DNA of 64,000 nucleotides from Dictyostelium discoideum (Eukaryota): NCBI GenBank assembly GCA_000004695.1, contig CM000154.2, positions 2,848,001 to 2,912,000 of the forward strand, read 5' to 3'. Shown piece by piece: positions 1 to 12,344 of this stretch (position 1 is its first letter; each line of letters starts with the position of its first letter). The notes under the pieces were generated by a model. It saw only the letters and a program-made list of their open reading frames with translations, ran no database searches and was not told where the DNA came from. The position numbers and the translations under genes were made by a program.

Positions 1-248
1 AAACTCTTGGAATTTGAATGATTCTGGTTCAAATTTATGTGAGAGTGCTAAAAATGCTAAACCATCACGGAATGATTTGGTGAATGATGTAATATTGACA
101 CCATCATAACCAGTGGTAGTATTCTTACACCATAATAATAAACCTTCTTCTGATGATTTATCACCTTCACTAATAACAGCAATACGATATTTACGATATA
201 ATGTCCATAAAAAACCTAAAATCATTTTTTTATTATTATCAACAAAAT
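1..248 (-). CDS. Cortexillin-like actin-bundling protein, exon 2 (CH domain continuation; gene runs off the left edge)
   Basis: Reverse strand reads ...[83 protein letters not shown], a calponin-homology domain. It joins exon 1 in phase through a TAG acceptor at 249-250. Confidence 0.75.
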
Positions 249-358
249 CTAAAAAATAAAAAAAAAAAAAAATAAGAAAAATTTTATTATGTTAATATAT
301 ATATAAATATTTAAAAATATTTAAATAGTTTATAATATTTTTTTTTTTTTTTTTTACA

Positions 359-641
359 TACCTTCTGAACCAATACCTTGAACTTTAATCTTTAATTCTT
401 CATCAAGGAATTTAAGAGCAAGTGCAACATTTTGAATCATATTAATACGAGCTTTTGGTTCAAAATCATACTTTTTATTAAACTTTTTGCTACTGATGAG
501 TTCCAAAAAGAAGATTAATTTGACACCATCACTCAAGTCTTTACCGACATCTGAAATCTTTTCACCTCTTTTATCTAAAACTGAATTTACCCATGCAGTA
601 AATGCTTTTTCTTGTACTATTTCCCAATCTTTACCTGCCAT
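359..641 (-). CDS. Cortexillin-like protein exon 1 ([20 protein letters not shown]..., N-terminal CH domain); resembles Dictyostelium cortexillin I
   Basis: ORF 354..641 translates to the N-terminal half of a CH domain. There is a GTATG donor at 354-358 and a 110-bp AT-rich intron at 249..358. I recognise the N-terminus as cortexillin-like but cannot tell I from II. Confidence 0.75.
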
Positions 642-869
642 CTTTTTTTTTTTTGTTTTTTTTTGTTTTTTTTATTAAATAAATATATTTAAAATGATAA
701 TAATAAAATGGAATTAAAATAAAGTTTGATTAGAAGTTAATTAAAAAAAAAAAAAAAAAAAAAAAAAAGGAAAAATTTTTTTTTTTAAAAAAAAAAAAAA
801 AATTCAGTTTTTTTATAATAAAAATAACCCAAATTATTTGAAAATTGTTTTTTTTTTTCTTTGGGTTAT

Positions 870-912
<43 letters not shown>

Positions 913-1264
913 AATGATTTGACTTAATTAATTAATTATTCTTTTATTATTTTATTTATTATTATTATTTTTTAAAATTATTTATTTATTAATTTTTTTT
1001 TTAATTATTTATTGATTATTTTATTTTATTTTTTAATATTTTTTTTAATATAAAAATAGAACATAAAACTTGAAGTATCATTTTGGGGGAAAAAAAAAAA
1101 AAAAAGGTTTAAAAAAAAATTAATTAAAGTAAAATTAAATCCAAACCTTTTATATGTATGGTGTTTAAATAAAATAAATAAAATAAATAAATAAAAATAA
1201 ATAAATAAAAATAATTTTAAAAATAACCTTTTAATTTAAAAATAAAAATAAAAAATAAAATTCC

Positions 1265-1295
<31 letters not shown>

Positions 1296-1508
1296 AAATT
1301 TGAAAGTTTTTTTTTTTTTTTTAAAAAAAAGGGGTTTTAAAAAAAAAAAGGGGGGGTTTGGGGGTGGATTTTTTTTTCAAAACCCCCCAAATTTTTTTGG
1401 GGGGGAACCTAACCAATTTTTTTTAAAAAAAAAAAAAAATTTTTTTTTAAAAAAAAAAATTTTTTTTTTTTTTTTTTTTTTTGGGGGCCCTTCCCCTTTT
1501 TTGAATTT

Positions 1509-1560
<52 letters not shown>

Positions 1561-1641
1561 CTTGAATTATAAATAAATAATACCAAACCCATTAATGTAG
1601 CTTATTGTTATTTTTTTATTTTTTTTTAATTTATTTGATCG

Positions 1642-1674
<33 letters not shown>

Positions 1675-1681
1675 CCCACAT

Positions 1682-1969
1682 CTAAATTTTCCAAAATCTT
1701 TCAATTGAAACAGAGTTAGATTGTTGGATTGGATTATTATTATTAAATGTACAATTAATTAAATTTGTATTTGATATTTCTTCAACGATTTTGAAAGTCT
1801 TAAAAATAGATTCAATAAAATTAACAGATACCTCTTTAACAGTACCAAAGACCATTTCATCATCAGAAAGGTCATCAAAGGTTGTACTTAATTTATCAAT
1901 TAAACTCTTTCTAGATGAACGACTTCTTTTTTCAACAATAAAATTTTTTCTAACTTTCTTGGACGACAA
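1682..1969 (-). CDS. Hypothetical small protein (95 aa, [10 protein letters not shown]...)
   Basis: Non-repetitive ORF with balanced composition, sitting between poly(A/T) tracts. I recognise no family. Confidence 0.3.
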
Positions 1970-2666
1970 ATATTGGTTTTTCCTATTAAAAAAAAAAAAT
2001 AAAAAAAAAAAAAGTTAAATATATTTTTTAAAAATGTTATTTATTATAGTTTTTTTATTATTTTTACATTTTATTATTTATAGTTTCAAGTATTTAGTTT
2101 AATAATAGTTAAATAAAAAAAAAAAAAAATAAAAAAAAAAAAAAAACATTTCTCAATACACACCGACACAAAAAGAAATTTCAAATTTCAATTTTTATTA
2201 TTAATTTTATTTTATTTTATTTTATTTTATTTTATTTTTTATTTTAAAAAAAGTGTCAATCTTGATAAAATTAAAAATATATTTAAATTATAAATCAGAA
2301 AATAAAAAAAAATTTTAATTTTATAATTTATATATAGATTATAAATTTATTATTTTTATTCATTCTAAACAATTTCTATAAAAATAAATGGAAATTTTGA
2401 TAATAGATTACTTAAATAGAGCTTTTTTTTTAATTGAAGTAATAATTGAATATTTTAATTTTTTTAATTTTTTAATTTTTTTAATTTTTTTTATTTTATA
2501 TTAAAATCTAATTTTCCAAAAATGGTCCTTAAAAGATTTAATATCCATACTATTAAAATAATGATTTAATTTTAAATAATTTAAATAAAAAAAAGAATTA
2601 AAATTTTTTAAAAAAAAAAAAATAATTTTAAATAATTATTTTAATATGTTTTTATTATTATTTTAA

Positions 2667-3044
2667 TTATTTTTGTTCTTGACGTTGTTTCTTTACTTCA
2701 TCATGTACTTTGAAAGAATGGTCAACATCTTCTTTTCCTTTATTCATTATTCCAGCGATATATTTGCCATGAATTTCTTGACCTTTTTCAAGTTCATAGT
2801 TTAATTCTACACCTTTTTCCTTTAATTCATCATCCATTCTTTTTCTTTCACGTTCTACGTTTTCTTGACCTCTTTCAATTTCTAATTTTGCTTTTTCAGA
2901 TACATTTCTCATATGTAATTCATGATTTAATTCACTTGTTTCTTCTCTTCTTCTTTCTTTAGTTCTACTATAAGTTGGACTCTTTACCATTAATTCTGGA
3001 TTAGTTGGAGGTGGTGATTTAGCTTGTTCTAATTTAATATCCAT
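2667..3044 (-). CDS. Hypothetical charged coiled-coil protein (125 aa, MDIKLEQAKSPPPTNPELMVKSPTYSR...)
   Basis: Complete ORF that is Lys/Glu/Arg-rich and not low-complexity repeat, so probably real. I recognise no family. Confidence 0.4.
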   Translation of the reverse strand: MDIKLEQAKSPPPTNPELMVKSPTYSRTKERRREETSELNHELHMRNVSEKAKLEIERGQENVERERKRMDDELKEKGVELNYELEKGQEIHGKYIAGIMNKGKEDVDHSFKVHDEVKKQRQEQK

Positions 3045-3213
3045 TTTATTTTTTTTATTATTATTATTAAAATTAATTATTTTAAAAACTAGTTTTTTTT
3101 TACCAATTGTTTTTTTTTTTGTTTTGGTAGAAAAAAAAAAAAAAAAAAAAAAAAAATTATTTCAAAATTATAAATATTAATATCCTCACCCAAAAAAGAA
3201 AATTTTTTTTTTG

Positions 3214-3252
<39 letters not shown>

Positions 3253-3805
3253 TCCCAAATTTAAAATTTCCAAAATTAGAATACTAGTACTCAAAAAATT
3301 GTATTAATTAGTTGAATTTAATATTCTAATTTTAAATTTTAATTTTTTATTTTTTATTTTTTAATTTTTAATTTTTTTTTTTTTTAATTTAAAAATTTGA
3401 AAAAAAAAAAAAAGAAAAAAATATCTTTATTTTTTTTTTTTTTTACAATTTTATTTTTTTTTCTATTTTTAATTTTACTTAATCGTAGAAATCATTTTTA
3501 TTTTTATTTTTATTTTTATTTTTAATAAAATGAACAATCATTAAAATTGAAAAAAAAAAATTTTAATAAAAATTAATTTCCTTTTTTTTTTTTACTCTAT
3601 TCTTAGATAAATTTAAAAAATTATAAATAAATTAATTTATTTTTTCTTTTTTTTTTTTTTGTGGTGGTTGAGCTCCCCCTTTTGTTTTTTTTAATTACTC
3701 ATTTTTTTATTTTTAAATTTTTTTTTTTTTAATTATTTTTTTTTTTAGTTTAATTTTTTTTTTAAATATTTTTTTTTTTTTTTTTTCTAATTTATTTTAT
3801 TATTA

Positions 3806-3848
<43 letters not shown>

Positions 3849-3857
3849 AGTGAGAGA

Positions 3858-5279
3858 ATGGATATAATTGTTAATAGTGATAGTAATAATAAAAACAACA
3901 ATAATAATAATTACAATAGTACATCAACATCTGATATGGATATTCCATCTTCACCAACAATAACTAATAATAGTAGTGGTGATGATATAAGTACAAGTAG
4001 TAGTGAAGAAAGTAATAACAATATTAATATTAATAATAATAATAATCAAATAGAGCAACAAAATGGAGAGTTCATTGAACCACAAATAAAACAACAGCAA
4101 CAACAACAACCTAATACAGAAAATGAAGAAAATGTAAATGTAAATAACAATAATAAAAATGGTAATTTAATTGATACAGATGATCTTTTATTTAATCATA
4201 ATTCACCACAAAAATCAAATGACAATCAAACAAAACTATCAGTTGATAACCAAAATGATTTAAATAGTATTTTTTCAAATAATAATAATAATAATAATAA
4301 TGATAATAATAATAATAATAATGATAATAATAATGATAATAATAATGATGATAATAATGATGATGATGATGATGAGGATGAGGATGATGATGATGACAAT
4401 ACTCCCAACGCAAATGGTATTAAAGATAATACCAATGAGGATGATAAAGATAAAGTGGAAATAGCATCTTGTGATATAGATGATAAAAAAGAAGAACAAA
4501 ATGAAAAAGAACTTGATAAAATAATTGTAAATAATGATGAAATTAATAGTAGTAGTGGTAATGATATTGTAAAAGTAACAAGAAGTAATAGTAGTGGTGG
4601 TGGTAGTAGTGTAAATAATAATGAAAAAATATATCTTTTAAAACATCCATTATCAGTGTCACCAATAACAAGCCCAACAATGGCACATTCAAATTCAAAC
4701 CCAACTACAACAACAACAACAACCACATCAACATCTGCAATTAATAATGGCTCACCAAAATCATCATCATTTGTAGCTCAACCAACAATTGCAATATTAC
4801 CTGATTTTCATTTGAATGACGAAAAACCACCATCAAATACAAATACAACAACTACAACTACAACTACAACAGCACCACCACCATCAATTTCTGCAACTAA
4901 TAGTAGCGCAAGTATAAGTAACTCAAATAGTATTAATAGTAGTGTCAATAGTAGTGGAGGTGGTAGTTCAATAACTCAATCACCAAATATTATCCTTGAT
5001 CAACCACAAACTTCTTCTTCTCCTTCTTCCTCAAATATTAATAATAATAATAGTAATAACAATAATAATAACGTACAATCACCTAATATGAATAAAACGA
5101 CAGTGGCACCACAACCAACAAATACAGGAGGAGGTGGATTCTTCCAAAGAATGTTTAGAAGAGAACAAAGTAAAACATCATTACCATCACCAAATAACGA
5201 TAGAAAGAATTTAGATAATGCGCAAAATACAACAACAAATAATAATAATACCACCACCAATACCATAAACAACAACAAC

Positions 5280-5310
<31 letters not shown>

Positions 5311-6211
5311 GCAATAATAATGAAATTAATAATAATCCAAATTCAATTTTAAATAAAATTTCAAATATTTCACAAAGTTTACAAAATTTACCAAAATCAG
5401 CAAATAATTCATCAACAAACTTAACTGGACAATCACCAAATCAAAAGGAGAGACAGCAACAACAGCAACAACAACAACAACAACAACAACAACAAGCAAT
5501 AGTTAGTAATAATGGTACAATTGGTTTTGATGTTTCAGATAATTTAAGTAATTCAAGTAGTACAATTAATAATTCATTAATGAGAAAGAGTAAAGGTGAT
5601 TTTAGTAGATTATTAAAGGAGAATGAAATTTACTCATATGAGCATTTCCTAAGCAAATTAGAGAATACATTACCAATAAAATCATCAATCGATAGTTTTA
5701 TACGTACACTAAAGAATAGAAAGGTGGCCAATGACGATTTGCGTGAGGCGTTATTGGATTTCGTTGATAATATGCAAAATACATTAACATTGGATCCACA
5801 ATGGTCGCAATCGTCAGAGGAGGAATTAAACTATTCATCACATCATTTACAACAATACGTTTTGGAGAAAATCTATGATTATGTATTTCAACCAAGTGAA
5901 GAAGAGGCTAAGAAAGATCAAGATCTATCAATGCTCATTGATAAACTATCATTCATAACATTGGAGCATATGGAAATACCAATCTATGGGTTCAGTGAAG
6001 CAATGTGGTATAAGGCTGGTAAATATTTATTAAAAATTAATTTCACACAATCTTGTAGACATAAAGTTATGTACATTATGAAATGTTGTAAAACTATTCT
6101 CAAACATTTTTCAACTCATTTAAAAGAATTATCTGGTGCTGATTTCCTTTTACCAAATTTAATTTGGGTTTTATTAAAAACTAATCCACCATTTTTACAT
6201 TCAAATGTTAT
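3858..6211 (+). CDS. VPS9-domain Rab5-GEF-like protein, exon 1 (long N/Q/T-rich N-terminus; VPS9 core ...GADFLLPNLIWVLLKTNPPFLHSNV)
   Basis: 785-aa ORF. Its C-terminus matches the VPS9 catalytic motif (compare Rabex-5 [26 protein letters not shown]). A GTAAGT donor at 6212 interrupts the domain mid-way. Confidence 0.7.
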
Positions 6212-6310
6212 GTAAGTTTAATTTTTTTTAAAAAAAAAAAACAATCCAATTTATTAATACACATATATATACAATTTTTATTATATATAGATTTATAAGT
6301 AAATTTTCAG

Positions 6311-6886
6311 ATTCATCAGATTCAGAAGCAATTTATTATCTTACTCAATTAATATCTGCAATTTATTTTATTGAAAATTTAAAACCAGAATTATTAAAAA
6401 TTGATAAAAAAGAATATTATAAATTAATGGGTACATCTTCACCAATAATATCAAGATCACCTTCATTACAATCATTAAATAATAATAATAATAATAATAA
6501 TGGTAATAATAATAATAATGGTAATAATACTACTACTACAACAACAACAACAACAATAACAACCACAAATAATAATAATAATAATAATAGTATTGAAGCA
6601 TCACCAAGTATAAAAGCAAATAATTTAACATCTTGTTTAATTGCAAATGATAATGCATTGGCAACATTGGTTGAAATGTTTCCAGATTGTGATACTCAAT
6701 ATTTAGTAGAATGTATAAATTACATTGAGTCAAGATCACCATCAACAATCTCACAACATGATTTAGTATTTAGAGTTACAAATTTAATAGCAGAGTTACA
6801 AGGTTATTGGACACCTTCTCCAAAAACAAAATCAAGCTCAACTCCAAATTCAAAACTTCATCATCATCATCAACAACAACACCACC

Positions 6887-6960
<74 letters not shown>

Positions 6961-7530
6961 TCAACAATTAATGAAAGTAACTTTGTAAATGAAAATAATG
7001 AATTTGGTAGTATTCAAGAAGAAGAGGAGGAGGATGAATTAATTAATAATAATGGTAGTGATGATTCAAATGGTAGTGAAGTTGTTGAAAATATAATTGA
7101 ATCAATAATGAATGAATCAAATAAATTAATTGTAAATAGTAATAGTTATATTCAACCAAAACAACAACAACAATCACAACCAAAACAACAACAACAGCCA
7201 AATAATCAACAAATTGAAATTCAAAAATTACAAAATTTAATTGATAAAAGAGATGATGATATCTCTAAATTACAACAAAAACAAAAACAAGATCAAACGG
7301 AAATTTTCGAATTGAAAAAGAACCTCCAGATTAGAAATAAAGAAAATAGATCTTTTAACAATTTTGTAAATTCATTAAAACCATCACCTGCAACTTATCA
7401 TCAAACTAAAATTGATGAATTAAAAGTAACTGAAGTACCAATGTTACTACAAGAATATAAACAAATTATTAATCAACTTAAAGCAACCCAAGATGCTTTA
7501 AAAAAATTACAACAACAACAACAACTATAA
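6311..7530 (+). CDS. VPS9-domain protein, downstream exon: rest of VPS9 domain (SSDSEAIYYLTQLISAIYFIENL), a CUE domain (ALATLVEMFPDCDTQYLVECI) and a Q-rich coiled coil
   Basis: The frame is open from 6313 into ORF 6427..7530. The sequence continues the VPS9 consensus (GEDGYYFTNL..AVAFIE-like), and the MFP motif is typical of CUE domains. The arrangement is the same as yeast Vps9 (VPS9+CUE). How this exon joins exon 1 is unresolved (see findings). Confidence 0.65.
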
Positions 7531-7550
7531 CAACAATAATAATTCCAAAG

Positions 7551-7589
<39 letters not shown>

Positions 7590-8145
7590 AAACCCTAGAA
7601 AATATTTAAATTATTCAAATAAAAAAACAATTATAAAATATTTTAAAAAAATCAATTTTTTATTATTTGGGTGTATTGTTTTAAAATTAAACTAAAAATA
7701 ATCATAATTATAATAAAGGTTTTAAAATATCCAAAAAGGGTTTTTTAGAAATACCAACAACCAATGAATTAATTTTGATTTAAACTTAAAATAAAACGAA
7801 AATATTTGAAATTGAATTCGTTTTTATCATTATTATAATAGGAGGACAAAAGATTTAAAAAGCATGCAAAGATTGATCCAGATATTTCATATTTTTATAA
7901 TTTTATTTTTTTTTTTAAAATTATTTTTATTTTTAAAAAGAGGTATAAAAAAAATTTTTTTTTTTATTTTTTTATTTTATTTTATTAACCACCATCTTTA
8001 TTATTATTATTATAATACACAGAAAGTATGAAGTAATTTTTTTTTTTTTTTTTTATTATTATTATTTTAATTTTAATTTTTTTTTTTTTACTAATTAATA
8101 TATTTTTTTTTTTTCTTTAATTATTTAATTACCCAATAAATAGAA

Positions 8146-8211
8146 ATGAAGTCAATTTTATTACTAGTAGCCCTTATCGCAATGTTATTCGTTTCAACTG
8201 GCCAAGCTGGA
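8146..8211 (+). CDS. Small secreted Cys-rich peptide, exon 1 (signal peptide MKSILLLVALIAMLFVSTGQAG)
   Basis: ATG followed by a hydrophobic signal peptide, a GTATGA donor at 8212 and a 90-bp AT-rich intron ending TTTTTACAG. Confidence 0.6.
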
Positions 8212-8301
8212 GTATGATGATGATGATGTTGTTTTTGTTTAGTTAAATGATAGTACATGTACTAACCACCATTTTTATTTTTTTTTTTTAATTTTTTACA
8301 G

Positions 8302-8481
8302 TTTTGTAATATCATTGGGCCATGCCCAACTGGACAATGTTGCACCAGTGTTCTTTTTGGATATTGTCAGCCATTAGGTGTTTTAGGTGGTCCATGTAAC
8401 ACAAAAACTGATAGTGAACATTTCTGTGGTTGCGAAAAAGGTTTAAAATGCGTTGACAGTGTTTGTAAAGCTTCTTCTTAA
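8302..8481 (+). CDS. Small secreted Cys-rich peptide, exon 2 (FCNIIGPCPTGQCCTSVLFGYCQPLGVLGGPCNTKTDSEHFCGCEKGLKCVDSVCKASS*)
   Basis: In phase with exon 1. It has 10 Cys spaced C-x5-C-x4-CC-x7-C-x9-C-x9-CxC-x5-C-x4-C, which is the colipase/prokineticin/Dkk-type fold. Confidence 0.6.
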   Translation, partial: FCNIIGPCPTGQCCTSVLFGYCQPLGVLGGPCNTKTDSEHFCGCEKGLKCVDSVCKASS

Positions 8482-8799
8482 AAATAAAAAATAATATTTT
8501 AAAAAATTAATCTATTTTTATTTTTATTATTTTTTTTTTATTTTTTTATTTTTTTTGGTATTACTTTATTGTGGTTTTCCCAATATAATATATAGTAAAT
8601 TTGGAAATTGAATAATTTTAATACATTATCTGGAAATAAAAAAAATAAAAAAAAAAACCTTTCAAAAATGAAAATGTTTTTTATTGTTCATTTTTTGTAA
8701 CAAATCAAAAAAAAAAAAAAAAAAAGAAGTTTTTACAAAAAAAGTTAATTATTTATAAAATTTTATAAAATAACTAAGGAAAAAAAAAAAAAAATTGAG

Positions 8800-8834
<35 letters not shown>

Positions 8835-8953
8835 AAAAAAAGAAATAAAAATAAATTATAAAAATGTTCTTTCGTTTTAACCCCCAATAGTTCACAAACA
8901 TACCGATTTTTTTTATTTTAATTTTTTTCTCTAAAATTTTTTTTTTTTTTTTC

Positions 8954-8984
<31 letters not shown>

Positions 8985-9146
8985 ATTTTATTTTTCATTT
9001 TTTTTTTATTCTATTTTATATATTTTAATTTCATTTTTTTCATATTATCATTATTATTTTTATTTTAGAATTCAAAGAAAAAGAAGGGAAATAAAAAAAA
9101 TAAAAAAAATAGAAATATAGAAAATTAAATAAAAAAAAATAATAAA

Positions 9147-10097
9147 ATGTCAACAAAACCAACAATTAATAAAGATGAATTAGTTACATTATTCTCACAA
9201 ATTGGTTTAGATTCATCAAAAGCTAAAGAGACAACCAATAATGCAACTTTATCAAGCAATTTACAAGAGATCATTAAAGAAGCAGGTGCTGAAAGTGGTT
9301 GTGAAAAATCTGTTGGTTTATTATTATACACATTAGCAACTAAATATCCAGCCAATGCAATGAAACATCGTGCTACACTCGTTGACTATATTGCCAATAA
9401 GAAATCAGTAAACTCAATCAATTTGCAAGCATGTTTAGATTACCTCCGTCGTACTGCCAATGAGGAATTAAACGTAGCAGAATTTGAGCAATCATGTGGT
9501 GTTGGTGTTGTAATTACAAGAGAACAAGTCGCACAAGCCGTATCAGATTATATTAACAAAAATAAGAGTGACCTCTTGGAGAAACGTTATCAATTCAATA
9601 TTGGTGGTATTTTAATGGAGATTAAAAATAGTCTCAAATGGGCAAACGCAAAAGATATCAAAGAAGAAGTCGATGCTGCAATTCTTTCACTCTTAGGTCC
9701 AAAAACCGATGCTGATAAAGCACCACCAGCAAAACCAGTTAAACCAACCACTCCAACTGCTGTTGCCACCACCACTGCTGCCACCACCACCACTGGTGAT
9801 TTATCACCAATTATTCCAGCTGAATTAAAACCAGCCAAAGAAGAAATCAAATTCCCAGATCCAAGTGATAACATTCAAAACACACCAAAACTCTTGGCTG
9901 ATCATTTGAAAACCACAGGTGGTAAAATCGTTACTCGTTTCCCACCAGAACCAAATGGTTATCTCCACATTGGTCATGCTAAAGCAATGCACTTAAATTT
10001 TGGTTATGCTAAAAAGAATGGTGGTAAATGTTATCTTCGTTTCGATGATACAAATCCAGAAAAAGAAAATCAAGAATATATTGATTCAATTATTGAT
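9147..10097 (+). CDS. glnS: Glutaminyl-tRNA synthetase, exon 1 (N-terminal GlnRS-specific domain plus HIGH motif: [14 protein letters not shown])
   Basis: Class-I aaRS HIGH motif with strong similarity to eukaryotic GlnRS. GTATGT donor at 10098. Confidence 0.85.
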
Positions 10098-10187
10098 GTA
10101 TGTATTTATTTATAATACTATAAAAAAAAATATAAAATAATTTAATTAAAAAATATTTATTAATTAATTAATTATTATTAATTTTAG

Positions 10188-10758
10188 TCTGTTAAATGGT
10201 TAGGTCATGAACCTTGTGAAATTACATATTCATCATCACAATTTGATACACTTTATGAAATGGCAAATGAATTAATTAGAAGAGGTTACGCATATGTATG
10301 TCATCAAACAGCATCAGAAATTTCAGAAGGTAGAGAGAAAATGACAGATTCACCATACAGAAATAGAACAGTCGAAGAGAATCTTAAATTATTTGAAGAT
10401 ATGAGATTAGGTAAATTTGAAGAAGGTAAAGCCATCCTTAGAATGAAAGGTGATATGAAACATCCAAATCCATGTATGAGAGATTTAATTGCTTATCGTA
10501 TCAAATATCATCATCATCCAATGAGTGGTGATAAATGGTGTATCTATCCATCCTATGATTACACTCATTGTTTAGTCGATTCAATTGAAAATATCACTCA
10601 TTCACTCTGTACTTTGGAATTTGAAATTAGACGTTTAACTTATAATTGGTTAATTGATGTACTCGGACTCTATAGACCAGTAGTTTGGGAATATGCAAGA
10701 TTAAATTTAACTCATACAGTTTTATCAAAAAGAAAGATTATTACTTTAGTTCAAAATA
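10188..10758 (+). CDS. glnS: Glutaminyl-tRNA synthetase, exon 2 (VKWLGHEPCEITYSS...YVCHQ...DKWCIYPSYDYTHCLVDSIENITHSLCTLEF)
   Basis: TTTTAG acceptor at 10187. Reads colinear with human QARS. GTAAGT donor at 10759 in phase 1. Confidence 0.85.
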
Positions 10759-10848
10759 GTAAGTTAATTAATTAATAATTAATTAATAATTATTAATATA
10801 AATATTAACATATATTTTATTTTTATTTTTATTTTAAAAAAAAAAAAG

Positions 10849-11666
10849 AAATTGTAAATGGTTGGGATGATCCAAGATTAAGTACATTAAATGCATTCCG
10901 TAGAAAAGGTTATACACCAGAAGCAATTAATTTATTATGTGATACAATTGGTGTAACACGTACTAATGGTACAACCATTTCATATGAATTATTAGAGTTA
11001 TGTTGTCGTCAAGATCTTGATGGTAAGGCAACTCGTGCAATGGCAGTTTTCGATCCAATCAAAGTTGTCATCACCAATTATCCAGAAGATAAGAGTGAAG
11101 AGATCAATGCACCAAATATTCCATCAAAACCAGAGAAAGGAACTCACAAAATCGATTTCTCACGTATTGTTTACATTGAGAGAAGTGATTTCCGTATGGA
11201 GGATAATAAAGATTTCTTTGGTTTAGCACCAGGTAAAGAGATTCTCCTCAAATATGCTTACAATATCAAATGTGAAAAAGTTATTCAAGATGCCGATGGT
11301 AAAGTCACTGAACTTCATGTAACCTACGATAAAGATAATAGCTCAAAGAAATTAAAGACCATTCATTGGGTTTCCTCTGTCGCTGGTACTGAACCAATGA
11401 AGGCCGAAGTTAGACTCTATGAACATCTCTTTAAGGATTCAGAAATCGGTGATGATTGGTTAAACAATATCAATCCAAATTCATTACGTATCATTCCAAA
11501 CGCCTTCATCGATAAAACTGTATTGGCTTCAAAAGAATATGATCGTTATCAATTTGAAAGAGTTGGCTACTTTGTTGTCGATAAAGATACTACCTCTGAT
11601 AAAATGGTTTTCAATAGAACAGTTTCATTAAAAGAAAATAAAGAAAAATCAAAATCAAGAAATTAA
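10849..11666 (+). CDS. glnS: Glutaminyl-tRNA synthetase, exon 3 (anticodon-binding beta-barrels; ...WDDPRL...FERVGYFVVD...)
   Basis: AAAAG acceptor at 10847-48 and frame continuity into ORF 11040..11666. Colinear with the QARS C-terminus. Confidence 0.8.
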
Positions 11667-11868
11667 ATTAATTTAAAAAAAAAAAAAAATAATAAAATAA
11701 AAACAAAGTAAATAATAATAATAATATCTTTTTTTATTATTATTCAATTCAATTTAAAAAAAAAAGAAAAAAAATAATAATAACAAAGAAACTTGATATT
11801 TTATTCTGTACATATTTTTATTTATTTTCGATTGTATAGTATTTTTTTTTTTTTTTTTCTTCTTATTT

Positions 11869-12065
11869 TTAATATGGATTATCAATTGGCTCACAACCTT
11901 CAGTTGGACAAACCATCATAACACTGCTACCTCTACAAACAACTAAACCTAAAAATCTTTTTTCATCTGTTGTAATTAATGGATCTTCTGCATCTCTTAT
12001 AAATTCTTGAGTTTGATCTAATGTAATATTAACTAATTGGTCATATCCTTTTAAAATACCTTGAA
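11869..12065 (-). CDS. lsm7: LSm7 (U6 snRNA-associated Sm-like protein), exon 2 (VQGILKGYDQLVNITLD...LGLVVCRGSSVMMVCPTEGCEPIDNPY*)
   Basis: Sm1/Sm2 motifs very similar to human LSM7 (SGILKGFDPLLNLVLD...LGLVVCRGTSVV). TATAG acceptor. Confidence 0.85.
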
Positions 12066-12068
12066 CTA

Positions 12069-12070
<2 letters not shown>

Positions 12071-12120
<50 letters not shown>
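12071..12120. repeat. (TTA)n microsatellite within the lsm7 intron
   Basis: Perfect trinucleotide run. Confidence 0.9.
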
Positions 12121-12121
<1 letters not shown>

Positions 12122-12189
12122 TTAATAGTGAGTATTAGGTGACTTATTAATTATTATTATATTTTTTATCAATAAAATAGTAATATTAC

Positions 12190-12286
12190 CTTCACGACCA
12201 CCTGTAAATTTTACACAAATTTCTTTACCTAAAAATTTTTGGAGATCTAAAATTGATTCTTTTTTTGGGTTGAATGAAGATGTCAT
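12190..12286 (-). CDS. lsm7: LSm7, exon 1 (MTSSFNPKKESILDLQKFLGKEICVKFTGGRE)
   Basis: ATG at 12286 and a GTAATA donor. The 124-bp intron contains a (TTA)n microsatellite. Confidence 0.85.
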
Positions 12287-12310
12287 TTTTTATATTTGTA
12301 TATTTCCCCT

Positions 12311-12344
<34 letters not shown>

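Noticed and set aside
1300-1592. ORFs 1300..1572(+) and 1377..1592(-) encoding poly-F/K/G.
   Set aside because: They are homopolymer-run translation inside the anomalous G/C-homopolymer island.
4192-4726. Minus-strand ORFs (His/Tyr-rich, poly-Ile, poly-Leu/Ser) overlapping the VPS9-gene N-terminus. The same applies to 5000..5314, 6536..6967 and 51186..51446 (poly-Val opposite the COG5 poly-Gln).
   Set aside because: They are antisense or alternative-frame translations of (AAT)n, (GAT)n and (CAA)n coding repeats. Their composition is pure low complexity.
9125-9355. 76-aa minus-strand ORF overlapping the GlnRS start. Also 9590..9874(-).
   Set aside because: They are antisense to a strongly supported aaRS CDS.
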